A DNA stretch of 37,015 nt from Alphaproteobacteria bacterium (GTDB lineage: Bacteria > Pseudomonadota > Alphaproteobacteria > UBA9219 > RFNS01), in NCBI GenBank assembly GCA_017996055.1, contig JAGOHT010000002.1, forward strand, positions 1 through 37,015, given 5' to 3'. The notes under the pieces were generated by a model. The model did no database searches. It saw only the letters and a list, made by a program, of their open reading frames with translations, and had not been told where the DNA came from. Numbering within the stretch: the first letter of the stretch is position 1; each line of letters opens with the position of its first letter. The translations under genes were made by a program, and so were the position numbers. This document shows positions 17,054 through 28,600 of the stretch, one piece after another.

Positions 17054-18825
17054 CTCTAGCCTTGATCCCCGGCAATAGCTGGTTGCAATTGCTGCTATAT
17101 TTCATCGTTCTGTTCGTGCTGGCAAAGCCGGTAGGTGTCTTCATGGCAAAGGTCTATGAAGGTGAAAGAACATTTTTATCCCCGGTTTTCGGCGGGTTGG
17201 AGCGCATTCTCTATAAGTGCGCGGGTATCGATCAGGCGGAAGAAATGAATTGGAAGCGTTACAGCTTCGCCATGATCGTCTTTAGTACTGTCAGCTTTCT
17301 TGGCTTATACGCGCTATTGCGCTTGCAGGGCGATTTCGGCTTTAACCCCGCGAATGTGGCCGGAACATCGCCAGATTTGGCTTTCAACACCGCCGTCAGC
17401 TTCGTTACCAATACCAATTGGCAATCCTATGGCGGCGAAAGCACTATGAGCTATCTGAGCCAGATGGTGGGGCTAACGGTACAAAATTTTCTGTCCGCTG
17501 CCGTTGGAATGGCGGTTTTGGTCGCCATGATCCGGGGCTTTACGCGAAAGAATACCGATAAAATCGGCAATTTTTGGACAGATCTCGTACGCGGGAACCT
17601 CTATATACTGTTGCCGCTGACTTTCGTGCTAGCGCTGCTGTTGGTCTCGCAAGGCGTGATTCAGACATTCCAGCCCTACGAAAACGCAATATTGCTTGAA
17701 GCAACCAGCACGGCCGACCCAAATACCAAGGCCGTTACACCCGTAACAGAACAAAATATTGCCCTTGGCCCAGTCGCATCGCAAATTGCGATCAAGCAGC
17801 TCGGCACGAATGGCGGCGGCTTTTTCAATGTCAATTCTGCGCATCCATTTGAGAACCCGACGCCGCTGACTAATTTTCTGGAATTGCTGGCAATCCTGTT
17901 GCTGCCCGCTGCTTGCTGCTGCATGTTTGGAAGGATGGTCGGCAATATGCGGCAGGGGTGGGCGCTACTGGCGGTTATGACGATCATTTTCATGCCTTTA
18001 CTGCTGTTCTGCCTTGCCAGCGAACAAGCGGGTAATCCCCAATTCACTGTGCTTGGTGTCGATCAAGCCGCGAGCACCGGGCACGCGGGCGGTAATATGG
18101 AGGGCAAGGAAACCCGCTTCGGCATCCTTAATTCAGCATTATGGGCTTCGGCGACGACTGCCGCCTCAAACGGCTCTGTCAATGCCATGCATGACAGCTT
18201 CACACCGCTTGGTGGTATGGTGCCGCTGGTACTGATGCAGTTCGGTGAAGTTATTTACGGCGGCATAGGGTCTGGCCTTTACGGGATGCTGATCTTCGTG
18301 ATCCTCGCGGTATTTATCGCAGGTCTGATGGTTGGGCGTACGCCGGAGTATCTCGGCAAGAAGATAAACGCCTTTGACATCAAAATGGCTTGCATCGGCG
18401 TTCTTGCCCCGCATTTCGCCGTCCTGGTCGGTACGGCAGTTGCCGTTTTGTCCGAGGCAGGGAGAGCCACCATCTATAACCCTGGTGCGCAAGGATTTAG
18501 CGAGATCCTTTATGCCTTTTCCTCAGCCGGAAATAATAACGGCAGCGCGTTTGCCGGTCTGGGAGCCAATAATGCTTTCTATAATACAACATTAGGCCTG
18601 GCCATGCTGCTGTCGCGCTATTGGGTCATGATCCCTGCGTTGGCGATTGCTGGATCGCTGGCGTCCAAGAACGCCGTGCCACCATCAGCAGGTACCTTGC
18701 CGACTTCGACGCCGCTTTTCGTTCTAGTGCTTGCGTGCATTGTCGTCATGGTCGGCGTACTGACCTTCGTTCCGACGCTGGCGCTTGGCCCGGTCGCAGA
18801 GCATTTTCATCTTATTGGGAAGTAA
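17050..18825 (+). CDS. kdpA: K+-transporting ATPase subunit A
   Basis: 591 aa. Shows AFNTAVSFVTNTNWQSYGGE, IKQLGTNGGGFFNVNSAHPFENPT and NNGSAFAGL selectivity-filter-like repeats. Confidence 0.97.
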   Translation: MTLALIPGNSWLQLLLYFIVLFVLAKPVGVFMAKVYEGERTFLSPVFGGLERILYKCAGIDQAEEMNWKRYSFAMIVFSTVSFLGLYALLRLQGDFGFNPANVAGTSPDLAFNTAVSFVTNTNWQSYGGESTMSYLSQMVGLTVQNFLSAAVGMAVLVAMIRGFTRKNTDKIGNFWTDLVRGNLYILLPLTFVLALLLVSQGVIQTFQPYENAILLEATSTADPNTKAVTPVTEQNIALGPVASQIAIKQLGTNGGGFFNVNSAHPFENPTPLTNFLELLAILLLPAACCCMFGRMVGNMRQGWALLAVMTIIFMPLLLFCLASEQAGNPQFTVLGVDQAASTGHAGGNMEGKETRFGILNSALWASATTAASNGSVNAMHDSFTPLGGMVPLVLMQFGEVIYGGIGSGLYGMLIFVILAVFIAGLMVGRTPEYLGKKINAFDIKMACIGVLAPHFAVLVGTAVAVLSEAGRATIYNPGAQGFSEILYAFSSAGNNNGSAFAGLGANNAFYNTTLGLAMLLSRYWVMIPALAIAGSLASKNAVPPSAGTLPTSTPLFVLVLACIVVMVGVLTFVPTLALGPVAEHFHLIGK

Positions 18826-18828
18826 GCT

Positions 18829-20904
18829 ATGAAAATGAATCCCACAAATAATACAAGCATCATAGACACGGATGACTTTTCCAAAGCCGTTAGGCTCTCC
18901 TTTACGCGATTGATGCCGCATTACCAAATGCGCAATCCGGTGATGTTTGTGGTCTATGTCGGGTCGATCATCACCAGCGGTATTTTTTTCTCGAGCTTCA
19001 GCAATCCGACTGGCGAACCGGCCTGGTTCATTGGTTTGACCGCATTTTGGCTGTGGTTTACTGTCATTTTCGCAAACTTCGCCGAAGCGCTGGCGGAAGG
19101 ACGCGGGCGAGCGCAGGCAGAGGCGCTTAGAAAATCGCGCCAACAAATGACGGCAAAGCACATGGCATGGGGGCGTGACAAAAGCCAAACTGTCCTTATC
19201 CCCGCGAATGAGTTGAGGAAGGGTGATTTGGTTTTCGTCGAGGCCGGTGATCTTATTCCTGGCGATGGGCAAGTTGTCGAAGGTATTGCCTCGGTGGACG
19301 AAAGCGCGATTACCGGGGAGAGTGCGCCGGTCATTAGGGAGAGCGGCGGTGACCGCGATGCCGTAACGGGCGGCACGCGGGTTCTGTCCGACTGGATTGT
19401 TGTTGGTATCTCCTCGAATCCTGGCGAGACATTTTTGGACAAAATGATTGCCTTGGTGGAAGGCGCAAAACGGCAGAAAACACCCAACGAAATCGCGCTG
19501 GGTATCCTGCTAGCGGCCATGACGATTATGTTTTTGCTGGTTTGTGCGACACTGTTGCCTTTCTCGCTGTTTTCTGTTGAACGCGCAGGGCAAGGGACTG
19601 CTGTTAGTGTCACGGTCTTGATTGCGCTTCTGGTATGTCTTGCCCCTACAACCATTGGTGGTTTGCTGTCAGCTATAGGAATCGCGGGCATGAACCGCCT
19701 GATTGCCGCAAATGTCATCGCTACCTCCGGGCGAGCGGTTGAGGCTGCTGGTGATGTTAACATTTTGCTGCTCGATAAGACCGGCACTATCACGCACGGC
19801 AACCGTCAGGCCGTTGCTTTTTTTCCTGCCGAAGGGGTGCAGGCAAAAAAACTGGCCGAAACCGCCGAACTTTCCTCACTAACTGATGAAACGCCGGAGG
19901 GTAAGAGCATTGTTGCTTTGGCGCGCGGTCAATATGGCGTAGCGCCGACGCAGCTCGCTTCGCTAGAAGCCCAATTTATTCCCTTTAGCGCTGAAACGCG
20001 GATTAGCGGTATAGCCCTTGCGGACAGGCAGATATTGAAAGGCGCGGGCGACGCCATTGAAGCCCATGTCAGGAAATTGGGTGGGACAGTACCAGATGAC
20101 GTATCGCGGCAGGTGGAAACCATCGCACGTCAAGGCGGGACCCCACTTCTGGTGGCCGACGGCAGTAAAGTGATGGGGGTCATTCACCTCAAGGACGTCG
20201 TCAAGGCGAATATCAAGGAACGTCTTGCGCAATTGCGCGCCATGGGCATTAAAAGCGTCATGGTCACGGGCGATAATCCTTTGACAGCGGCCTCAATTGC
20301 CTCAGAGGCAGGCGTTGATGATTTCATTGCGCAAGCGACGCCGGAGGCCAAGCTGGCTTATATCCGCAAGATGCAGGCAGGCGGCGAATTGGTAGCTATG
20401 GTGGGGGATGGTACCAACGACGCACCAGCATTAGCACAATCCGACGTTGCTGTGGCGATGAACACGGGAACGCAGGCTGCCAAAGAAGCGGGCAATATGG
20501 TCGATCTCGACTCCAACCCGACTAAGCTGATTGAGATTGTGGAAATTGGCAAACAACTGTTGATGACTCGCGGCGCTTTGACGACATTCTCCATCGCCAA
20601 CGATGTTGCCAAATATTTCGCTATTGTTCCGGCAGCTTTCATGAGCACTTATCCTGCTTTGGCAGCATTAAATATTATGGGATTGACGACTCCATACAGC
20701 GCCATACTTTCCGCCGTCATTTTTAATGCACTCATCATCGTATTCCTGATCCCGCTGGCGCTGCGCGGTGTGAAATACCGGCCCATCGGGGCGTCAAGCC
20801 TGTTGCGGCACAATATTGTCGTTTACGGGCTTGGTGGAATTGGCGTGCCCTTTATCGGTATCAAGATCATCGACATGCTGTTGCATGCTGTAGGAGTTGC
20901 CTGA
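18829..20904 (+). CDS. kdpB: K+-transporting ATPase subunit B (P-type ATPase)
   Basis: 691 aa. Phosphorylation site LLDKTGTIT, plus [10 protein letters not shown] and [13 protein letters not shown]. Confidence 0.97.
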   Translation: MKMNPTNNTSIIDTDDFSKAVRLSFTRLMPHYQMRNPVMFVVYVGSIITSGIFFSSFSNPTGEPAWFIGLTAFWLWFTVIFANFAEALAEGRGRAQAEALRKSRQQMTAKHMAWGRDKSQTVLIPANELRKGDLVFVEAGDLIPGDGQVVEGIASVDESAITGESAPVIRESGGDRDAVTGGTRVLSDWIVVGISSNPGETFLDKMIALVEGAKRQKTPNEIALGILLAAMTIMFLLVCATLLPFSLFSVERAGQGTAVSVTVLIALLVCLAPTTIGGLLSAIGIAGMNRLIAANVIATSGRAVEAAGDVNILLLDKTGTITHGNRQAVAFFPAEGVQAKKLAETAELSSLTDETPEGKSIVALARGQYGVAPTQLASLEAQFIPFSAETRISGIALADRQILKGAGDAIEAHVRKLGGTVPDDVSRQVETIARQGGTPLLVADGSKVMGVIHLKDVVKANIKERLAQLRAMGIKSVMVTGDNPLTAASIASEAGVDDFIAQATPEAKLAYIRKMQAGGELVAMVGDGTNDAPALAQSDVAVAMNTGTQAAKEAGNMVDLDSNPTKLIEIVEIGKQLLMTRGALTTFSIANDVAKYFAIVPAAFMSTYPALAALNIMGLTTPYSAILSAVIFNALIIVFLIPLALRGVKYRPIGASSLLRHNIVVYGLGGIGVPFIGIKIIDMLLHAVGVA

Positions 20905-20905
20905 C

Positions 20906-21478
20906 ATGATCAAGCATCTGCAAACCAGTGTTGGACTATTTATCCTTTTTACGTTTTTGCTTGGTATTGTCTACCCTGGCGTGACGACTGTTGCCGCGCG
21001 GGCGCTGTTTCCTCTGAAAATCGAGGGCAGTCTGATCCTGAGAAATGGCAAGCTGCTCGGTTCGGAGCTTATCGGGCAGAGTTTCTCTGCACCGAAATAT
21101 TTCTGGGGTCGTCTCTCAGCGACTGCGCCAGTTGCCTATAATGCAGCATCTTCCTCCGGCAGCAATTACGGTTCGGCCAATCCGGCTTTGCTGGATGCCG
21201 TTAAGGTGCGTATTGACGCTCTTACAACTGCCGATCCCGACAATAAATTGTCAATCCCGGTCGATCTTGTGACGGCATCTGGCAGCGGCCTTGATCCGCA
21301 TATTTCACCGGCTGCTGCTGTTTATCAGGCTGGACGGATCGCCCGCGAGCGCAATATGTCAGCGCAAACGATCGCAGCGCTGATTGAGAAACATACCGAA
21401 GGACGGCAGTTCGGCATCCTCGGCGAACCGCGTGTCAACGTTCTGATGCTGAATCTTGATCTGGATGGTAAGCTATGA
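20906..21478 (+). CDS. kdpC: K+-transporting ATPase subunit C
   Basis: The track ORF starts at TTG 20897. ATG 20906 (MIKHLQTSVGLFILFTFLLGIVYPG) lies 1 nt after the kdpB stop and matches the usual KdpC N-terminus. Also shows ASGSGLDPHISP. Confidence 0.93.
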   Translation: MIKHLQTSVGLFILFTFLLGIVYPGVTTVAARALFPLKIEGSLILRNGKLLGSELIGQSFSAPKYFWGRLSATAPVAYNAASSSGSNYGSANPALLDAVKVRIDALTTADPDNKLSIPVDLVTASGSGLDPHISPAAAVYQAGRIARERNMSAQTIAALIEKHTEGRQFGILGEPRVNVLMLNLDLDGKL

Positions 21479-21481
21479 GGC

Positions 21482-24169
21482 ATGAATAGAATCGGTCAAC
21501 GCCCCGATCCCGATGCTTTGCTTCATGCCGTCAACGCGACGGACTCGCAACGCGGCCGCTTGAAGATTTTTTTTGGCGGTAGTCCTGGCGTGGGCAAAAC
21601 CTATACCATGCTTGAAGATGCCCGACAGCGTCTCAAGGAAGGCATTGACGTCGTTATTGGTATTGTCGAAACACATGGCCGCGAGGATACCCTGGCGCTT
21701 CTGCACGGTATCTCTGCCATCCCCAGACGCGATATTTTGCACCGCGGCGTGACGGTTCAGGAATTTGATCTTGATGCCGCGTTGGCACGTAAACCGGGCA
21801 TTCTCCTACTTGACGAGTTGGCTCATACGAATGCGTCGGGGTCGCGTCATCCCAAGCGCTGGCAGGATATAGAGGAACTGCTGAAAGCCGGGATCGACGT
21901 CTATACAACCTTAAACGTCCAACATATTGAAAGCCTCAATGATCTTGTCGCCGGGATTACCGGCGTTGCCGTCAAGGAAACCGTTCCGGACGCATTATTC
22001 GATCAAGCCGACGATATCGTGCTGGTCGACATTCCACCTGATGAGCTGCTTAAGCGTCTGCGTGAAGGTAAGGTTTATATTGGGGAAGATGTTCGCGCCC
22101 GCGCAGCCGAAAATTTCTTCAAGAAGAGTAATTTGAACGCTTTGCGTGAGCTTGCCCTGCGCCGCACCGCCGAACGCGTCGATGCGCAGATGGGTGACTA
22201 TCGTATTCTAGAAGGTATGCGCGATGTCGCGCCGGTTGCGGACAAGATTATGGTCTGCATCGGCCCGGAGCCGCTTTCTATTCGGCTTGTACGCTCGGCT
22301 AAGCGCCTTGCCAATGGGCTGAAAGCACCATGGATCGCAGTCTATGTTGAAAATGCGCGGCATCATCGCCTCAACCAGCATGGCAAGCGTGCCGTGCAGA
22401 TGGCCATGAGTATGGCTGAACGCATCGGGGGAAAAACCATCGTATTGCAGGGTGATAACCCCGTCATTGAAATTATGAATTACGCACGCGCTAAAGGTAT
22501 TACCAAGATCGTTGTGGGCAAGCCGACCAAATCAAGATTGCTGGATTTCCTCTACGGGTCGCTTACGGACAAGATCATGCGGGCCAGTGGCGACGCCATT
22601 GACGTTTATGTTGTTACCGGCAAACCGTACTTGCTTAAGGAGATCGCTAAACTACCCGATCCTTTCAGGTTCGAAGTGAAACCCTATGTCCTGGGCGCGG
22701 GCACGGTCGCGGCAGGAACACTGGCGGGATTAGCGCTCGACGCGGTACTCAGGCCCATTGACCAAGTCATGATCTACCTGATCGGAGGTGTGATGGTCGC
22801 CGCACGCTTCGGGTTGGGGCCATCCATTTTTTATTCTCTGTTAAGTGTGAACGCCTTCAATTTTTTCTTTATCGAGCCGCGCTATTCCTTCAATTTCTAC
22901 GACCAGTCTTATTGGATGACCTTTTCCGTCATGCTGATCACGAATTTTGTCATCACTGGTCAGGCGTCAAAGTTGCGATTACAGGCGATTATGGCGCGTA
23001 AACGTGAGTATGACACCCGTACTTTCTATGCCCTGACCCGCGCCATGGCTTCGATGCGCGACTATCGCGATATGGCCGAAGCAGCAGCAAATCACATCGA
23101 AGAAATTTTCAAAGCTCATGTGACGATATGGGTTTCGAACGATAAGCTAACCCCTGTCGCTGGACATTTACCCGGTTTCGACGACGTAAAGGAAATGAGC
23201 GCGCTGCAGTGGTGTTTTGACCATGCAGAAATGACTGGGCATGACACAATGACGATGCCGAGTGCGGTTGGACTCTATTTTCCTTTGGTCACAGGTGAAG
23301 GCACAAGAGGTGCGATGGGCGTGACACCGGAGGATGCTACGCGTGACTTTACCGCAGACGAAATTGCATCGCTGGAGATTGTCGCTAGCCTTCTTGCCTC
23401 GGCTTTTGAGCGCGTGGCTTCGGCGGACGCCGCCGAAGAGGCCAAAATCGAAACCGAACGCGAAAAATTACGGAATGTCCTGTTAAGCTCCGTCTCGCAT
23501 GACCTGCGGACGCCATTAGCTTCGATTGTCGGTTCCAGCAGCACGATCATGGCGGAAAGCGACCTCATTCCCAAGGCAACTATCATCGAACTTGCGCAGG
23601 GCATCAATCGCGAAGCAAACCGGCTTTCCAAAGTTGTTGCTAACCTGATTGATGTGACCAATCTTGAATCCGGTACGCTACGGCTCAATCTCCAGCCCTA
23701 TTATCTGGAAGAATTGCTCGGCGCTGTCCTGTCACGACTTCAGCCGTTCTTAAGCGGGCATCGGATCGTGACGCATATCGCCAAGGATTTGCCCATGGTC
23801 ATGGTGGACGGCATGATGATTGAACAGGTCTTCACCAATATTATTGAGAACGCCGCTAAATATACCCCACAGGGCAGCACTATCACCATCGCCGCGCAGC
23901 AGGTGCGATGGGACATATTGGTCAAGATTGCTGATAACGGCTCCGGTATTCCTGCGGGACTTGAACGCAAGATTTTCGACAAATTCTATGCCATCGACAA
24001 AGAGTATGCTCACAAAGGAACGGGTCTTGGCCTTGCCATATGTGCCGGAATTGTTAAAGCACACAAGGGCGAAATATGGGAGGAGCGTGCGCCCGAAGGT
24101 GGTGCGAATTTCAATTTCACGCTGCCTATCGTAGCTGCGTCAAAGGAGCTCGCCGATGACCAGCCCTAA
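21482..24169 (+). CDS. kdpD: sensor histidine kinase KdpD
   Basis: 895 aa. N-terminal KdpD domain LKIFFGGSPGVGKTYTML, four TM helices in the middle, H-box SSVSHDLRTPLASI, and an ATPase domain with DNGSGIP and GTGLGLAIC. Confidence 0.96.
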   Translation: MNRIGQRPDPDALLHAVNATDSQRGRLKIFFGGSPGVGKTYTMLEDARQRLKEGIDVVIGIVETHGREDTLALLHGISAIPRRDILHRGVTVQEFDLDAALARKPGILLLDELAHTNASGSRHPKRWQDIEELLKAGIDVYTTLNVQHIESLNDLVAGITGVAVKETVPDALFDQADDIVLVDIPPDELLKRLREGKVYIGEDVRARAAENFFKKSNLNALRELALRRTAERVDAQMGDYRILEGMRDVAPVADKIMVCIGPEPLSIRLVRSAKRLANGLKAPWIAVYVENARHHRLNQHGKRAVQMAMSMAERIGGKTIVLQGDNPVIEIMNYARAKGITKIVVGKPTKSRLLDFLYGSLTDKIMRASGDAIDVYVVTGKPYLLKEIAKLPDPFRFEVKPYVLGAGTVAAGTLAGLALDAVLRPIDQVMIYLIGGVMVAARFGLGPSIFYSLLSVNAFNFFFIEPRYSFNFYDQSYWMTFSVMLITNFVITGQASKLRLQAIMARKREYDTRTFYALTRAMASMRDYRDMAEAAANHIEEIFKAHVTIWVSNDKLTPVAGHLPGFDDVKEMSALQWCFDHAEMTGHDTMTMPSAVGLYFPLVTGEGTRGAMGVTPEDATRDFTADEIASLEIVASLLASAFERVASADAAEEAKIETEREKLRNVLLSSVSHDLRTPLASIVGSSSTIMAESDLIPKATIIELAQGINREANRLSKVVANLIDVTNLESGTLRLNLQPYYLEELLGAVLSRLQPFLSGHRIVTHIAKDLPMVMVDGMMIEQVFTNIIENAAKYTPQGSTITIAAQQVRWDILVKIADNGSGIPAGLERKIFDKFYAIDKEYAHKGTGLGLAICAGIVKAHKGEIWEERAPEGGANFNFTLPIVAASKELADDQP

Positions 24170-24854
24170 CAAGCCTTGCGTCCTGATCGTCGAGGACGAA
24201 CAGGAAATCACCAAATTTCTCAAGGCGACTCTGACTGCGCATGACTACAAGCCAATCTTTGCCGAGAGCGGTAAACAAGGCATTCGTCTTGTGGCGCTTT
24301 ATAAGCCAGACATTATCATACTTGATCTTGGTTTGCCCGACATGGACGGGCTGGAAGTCATCAAGGCAGTGCGGCAGGACGGGGTAGCCCCAATAATCGT
24401 TCTTTCCGCGCGCGGTCAGGAGCAAGACAAGGTGAATGCTCTTGAACTGGGTGCGGATGATTACCTGACAAAACCTTTCAGCACGGCGGAATTACTAGCA
24501 CGGCTCAAGGCGGCGTTACGCCGTGTCAGTCAGAATATTGGTGCGGGATCAGCGGTTTTTGAGAGCCAGGATTTATCCGTTGACCTGGAAAAACGGCTCG
24601 TACTCGTAAAGAATGATGAAATTCATCTGACGCCGACGGAGTATAAGCTGCTTGTTATCCTAATCAAGCACGCGGACAAGGTGGTAACCCATGCCCAGCT
24701 ATTGAAAGAAGTCTGGGGGAGGCACACTAATGAGGACAATCATCAGCTGCGCATGCAAGTCCAGCGCTTGCGCCAGAAATTAGACGATGACCCTATGCAC
24801 CCCCGGCATATTATGACCGAGGCGGGCGTGGGCTATAGGTTGAGACAGTTATAG
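24156..24854 (+). CDS. kdpE: OmpR-family response regulator KdpE
   Basis: 232 aa. Receiver domain VLIVEDE...IIILDLGLPDMDG...LSAR, and a winged-helix C-terminus LTPTEYKLL...GVGYRL. Overlaps kdpD by 14 nt. Confidence 0.95.
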   Translation: MTSPNKPCVLIVEDEQEITKFLKATLTAHDYKPIFAESGKQGIRLVALYKPDIIILDLGLPDMDGLEVIKAVRQDGVAPIIVLSARGQEQDKVNALELGADDYLTKPFSTAELLARLKAALRRVSQNIGAGSAVFESQDLSVDLEKRLVLVKNDEIHLTPTEYKLLVILIKHADKVVTHAQLLKEVWGRHTNEDNHQLRMQVQRLRQKLDDDPMHPRHIMTEAGVGYRLRQL

Positions 24855-24887
24855 GTAATCGCTAAAATCTAAATCTTTGAAAAGAAT

Positions 24888-24935
24888 GGTGGGTGCAGTA
24901 GGGATTGAACCTACGACCCCTACCGTGTGAAAGCC
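24888..24935 (-). pseudogene. tRNA-Val(CAC)-like 3' half, copy 2; not an intact tRNA
   Basis: The minus strand reads GCTTTCACACGGTAGGGGTCGTAGGTTCAATCCCTACTGCACCCACCA. It differs from copy 1 by 2 substitutions and 1 indel. No complementary 5' acceptor strand lies 70-77 nt away. Confidence 0.7.
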
Positions 24936-25030
24936 ATTCGGCTGAACACATTCAATGCGTTAGCTTCCATGAATTGGCGAGATGTTTCTAATTATCCCGT
25001 GTCTTATTATGAATTTTATTACACTGTAAT
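24888..25030 (-). repeat. direct repeat unit, copy 2
   Basis: See 16589-16731. The landmarks are in the same register: TCAATGC at 24953-24959 and TTACACTGTAA at 25020-25030. Confidence 0.7.
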
Positions 25031-25070
25031 AATTTCGTACGAAACAGGAGGCACGCACTGTTTGCCGTTA

Positions 25071-25667
25071 CTATAACTTGCGGGCCACGAGATCAATCAG
25101 AGCCGAAGTGCCGACATGGGCTGTACCTTCGCATATTTGCGTCTCATATGATTGCAGCGCGATAATTTCAAAATCTTCGAAACTCTGACGGAGCAATTCT
25201 TCTGTGTATAGGTTTTCAACTTCTGAGGGGCCGCCGGTACGGAATTCAAGTTGTTGTGGAGTGTAGCCGTGCAGGAAGATTAGCCCGTTGGGTTTAAGGG
25301 CGTTTTTCATAGCAGCAAATATTCGGTCCCGCGCTGGTGGCTTTGAGAATTGTATAAAAATACCAATGACATAGTCATAAACAGCTTCTGGCCAATGCCA
25401 ATTCATCACGTCGCATTGCTCAAGTGTTAGCGTGACCCCATGTTCTGCCGCGAGCAGATTGGCTTTTTCAAGAGCTGCAGATGAACCATCGATGGCGTGA
25501 ACGTCAATTCCTTGCTCTGCGAGCCAAACGCCGTTTCGACCTTCGCCGTCCGCTACACAGAGTGCCTTTCTGCCTGAGGAAAGGAATTGAGTATGCTTTA
25601 TCAAGAATTGGCTTGGTTCTTTGCCAAAAAGATAGTCGTTTGAGTTGTAGCGTTCATTCCAATCCAT
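25071..25667 (-). CDS. class I SAM-dependent methyltransferase (TehB-like small-molecule MTase type)
   Basis: 198 aa. SAM motif I ALCVADGEGRNGVWLAEQG, then IDGSSAAL and a post-I acidic residue. Its start shares 1 nt with the RND stop (TAATG). Confidence 0.85.
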   Translation of the reverse strand: MDWNERYNSNDYLFGKEPSQFLIKHTQFLSSGRKALCVADGEGRNGVWLAEQGIDVHAIDGSSAALEKANLLAAEHGVTLTLEQCDVMNWHWPEAVYDYVIGIFIQFSKPPARDRIFAAMKNALKPNGLIFLHGYTPQQLEFRTGGPSEVENLYTEELLRQSFEDFEIIALQSYETQICEGTAHVGTSALIDLVARKL

Positions 25668-28600
25668 TAGGCGGCCTTTCTTACTACCGCATCTGCGTCC
25701 CGTAAGACGACGTAGATCGCCGGGATAACTAGGACAGTAAGTGCTGTTGAAGACGCTAAACCAAACAAAAGCGAGATAGCCAGTCCTTGGAAAATCGGAT
25801 CAAGCAGGATTGTCGCCGCACCAATCATCGCCGCTAAAGCAGTCAGTAAAATCGGGCGGAAACGGATCGCTCCAGCATCCAAAAGCACTTCACGCAGTGT
25901 CTTGCCTTCACCCGCTCCATGGCGGATGAAATCGACCAAAAGAATGGAATTGCGTACGATAATCCCGGCTAAAGCTATAAATCCGATCATCGATGTCGCC
26001 GTAAAGGGTGCGTTGAAAATCCAGTGCCCAATGACGATACCAATCAGTGTAAGCGGTATGGGCGTGAGAATGACCAACGGCAGTTTGAAGCTTTTGAACT
26101 GGCTCACAACCAGAATGTAGATACCGAGTATCGCAATGGCAAATGCTGCGCCCATATCGCGGAAGGTGACGTAGGTCACCTCCCACTCGCCGTCCCAGAG
26201 CAGTGTTGGCTTGGCTTCGCTGACAGGTTGACCATGTAAGCTCACGACGGGTTTCGGCAGAGTGCCCCAGTCATGCTCATTTATAAGTTTATTGATATCG
26301 AGCATGCCGTAAATAGGAGCCTCATAGGCACCAGCGAGTTCGGCGGTGACCATATCGGCGTAATGCCCATCGCGCCGGAAGATTACCGAGGAGCCAAGTT
26401 CTTTGCTGGCATGGACGACATCATCAAGCTCAACGATGGAGCGGTTACCGGGAAGCGCATTGGCTGGAATTGGGGTTGCACCAAGCTGTTGCGACCACGT
26501 TAAATCCTGCTTCGGAAGGCGCATAACAATCGCGATGGGATTACGATCCTCGCCGCGATGGGAATAGCCAATTGTGGTTCCCCCTAGAAGTGCCCCTAAA
26601 GTGTCATAGACATCATTTTGTTCGACACCAAAATATTCCAGGCGATCCTGGTCAATTGATAAGCGCAGACGTGGCCTTGGCTGGCCAAAAGAGTCGTCAA
26701 TATCGACGATATAAGGCACTGAATGAAGAATTGTTTTAACTTCTTCAGCCACGGCACGCCGTGTAGCCACGTCGGGGCCATAGATTTCAGCGAGGAGCGT
26801 GGACAGTACCGGCGGACCGGGAGGAACCTCGACGACTTTGACGACGCTGCCAGCCGGCAAAGTCAACGCTTTCAGCTGATTACGGATATCCAGTGCGATT
26901 TCGTGACTGCTGCGTTTTCTATCGGCCTTGTCCGCGAGATTGACTTGCAATTCACCCAATTCGGGTTGCTCGCGCAAATAATAATGCCTTACGAGGCCAT
27001 TAAAATTGAATGGCGCAGGCGTTCCGGCATAGGCCTGGATCGACAGCACTTCGGGCGTCCTGCCCACGATGTGCGCGGCAGAGAGTAAGGCTTTTTCAGT
27101 GTCTTCAAGGCTTGCGCCTTCCGGCAAGTCAAGCATCACTTCAACTTCGGATTTATTATCAAACGGCAATAATTTGACTGTCACACTGCGGGTTGCAAAT
27201 AAACCGCAAACAAGGATGGTTGCTATCCCGACTGTGCCCAGAAACCACCACGCTCGGCGGCGCGAATGCAGAATTGGCGTGGCGACACGACGGTATAATT
27301 TTGCCAACACATCTTCTCCACCGTGAGGCGCGTGCGTCCCGTTCTGGCGGTTGGAGAGCTTGAGCATGGCCCAAGGGGCAACCACCATGGCGACAAAAAA
27401 AGAAAACAGCATGGCGGCGGAAGCATTGGCCGGAATAGGAGCCATATATGGCCCCATCATGCCTGAGACGAACATCATCGGTAACAGGGCGGCGATGACG
27501 GTTAGGGTCGCAACGATGGTGGGGTTCCCCACTTCGGCGACGGCCTCAATCGCTGCTTGCATGCGACTACGGCCATCTTGCATTGCCCAATGTCGCGCAA
27601 TATTTTCGATCACAACAATGGCGTCATCAACCAAAATGCCAATCGAGAAAATGAGCGCGAAAAGGCTCACGCGATTAATGGTGTAGCCCATGAGATTGGC
27701 CGCAAACATGGTCAAGAGAATAGTAGTTGGAATAACAATGAGGGTTACCCCGGCTTCACGCCAACCAATGGTGAAGCCAATCAATACGACAATCGAGAGC
27801 GTGGCTAACGCCAAGTGAAAAAGCAGTTCGTTGGCCTTATCGTTCGCGGTCTTGCCATAGTCGCGGGTAATATCGATTCGTATTCCTTTCGGAATAAGGG
27901 AGCCTTTTAATTGCTGAAGATGGTTTAACAGTGCTTCTGAAACCACGACAGCATTTGCGCCCGCACGTTTGGCAAAGGCAATGCTCACAGCCGACCCAGT
28001 AAACCAGTTTCGTTCTTTGTCAGGGGTCAGATTCCAGACACGATGCTCGGCGGCACTGGGGCCAACAATCACTTTGGCGACATCGCGGACGTAAACCGGG
28101 CGACCATCGCGTGAGGTCAGGAGGAGCAATCCGATGTCAGGAACACCGTGCAGGGTCTGCCCCGCCGTTACTTGCAGAGTTTTGCCGCCATCTCTTACAT
28201 AACCGGCCAAAAATGAGCGGTTCGCACCCTGAATTTTGCCTTTGAGTTGTTGCAGGGTTACGCCAAATAGGTTCAGCTTTTCCGGGTCTGGTTCAACGCT
28301 GATTTCATCACGGACACCACCGGAGATATAAGTCAGACCAATATCATCAACCTTGATAAGCTCGGATTGGACTTTATCGGCGAGTTCATAAAGGTCTTTA
28401 TCATTCCAGTGCTCCGCGACGGATTTTTCCGGCGAAAGGGTCATAACGACGACGGCGACATCGTTAATGCCCCGCTTGATGATCAGAGGTTCGGGTATGC
28501 CAACGGGAATACGGTTGTAATTTGCCCGAAGTTTCTCATGGACGCGAAGTACAGCGTCATCTTCCTTCGTGCCCGTTAGAAAACGGGCGGTGACCATGAC

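Noticed and set aside
18954-19802. 282-aa minus-strand ORF inside kdpB, and 31273..31806 inside sqr
   Set aside because: They are antisense shadows of well-supported genes, and no independent signal was seen.
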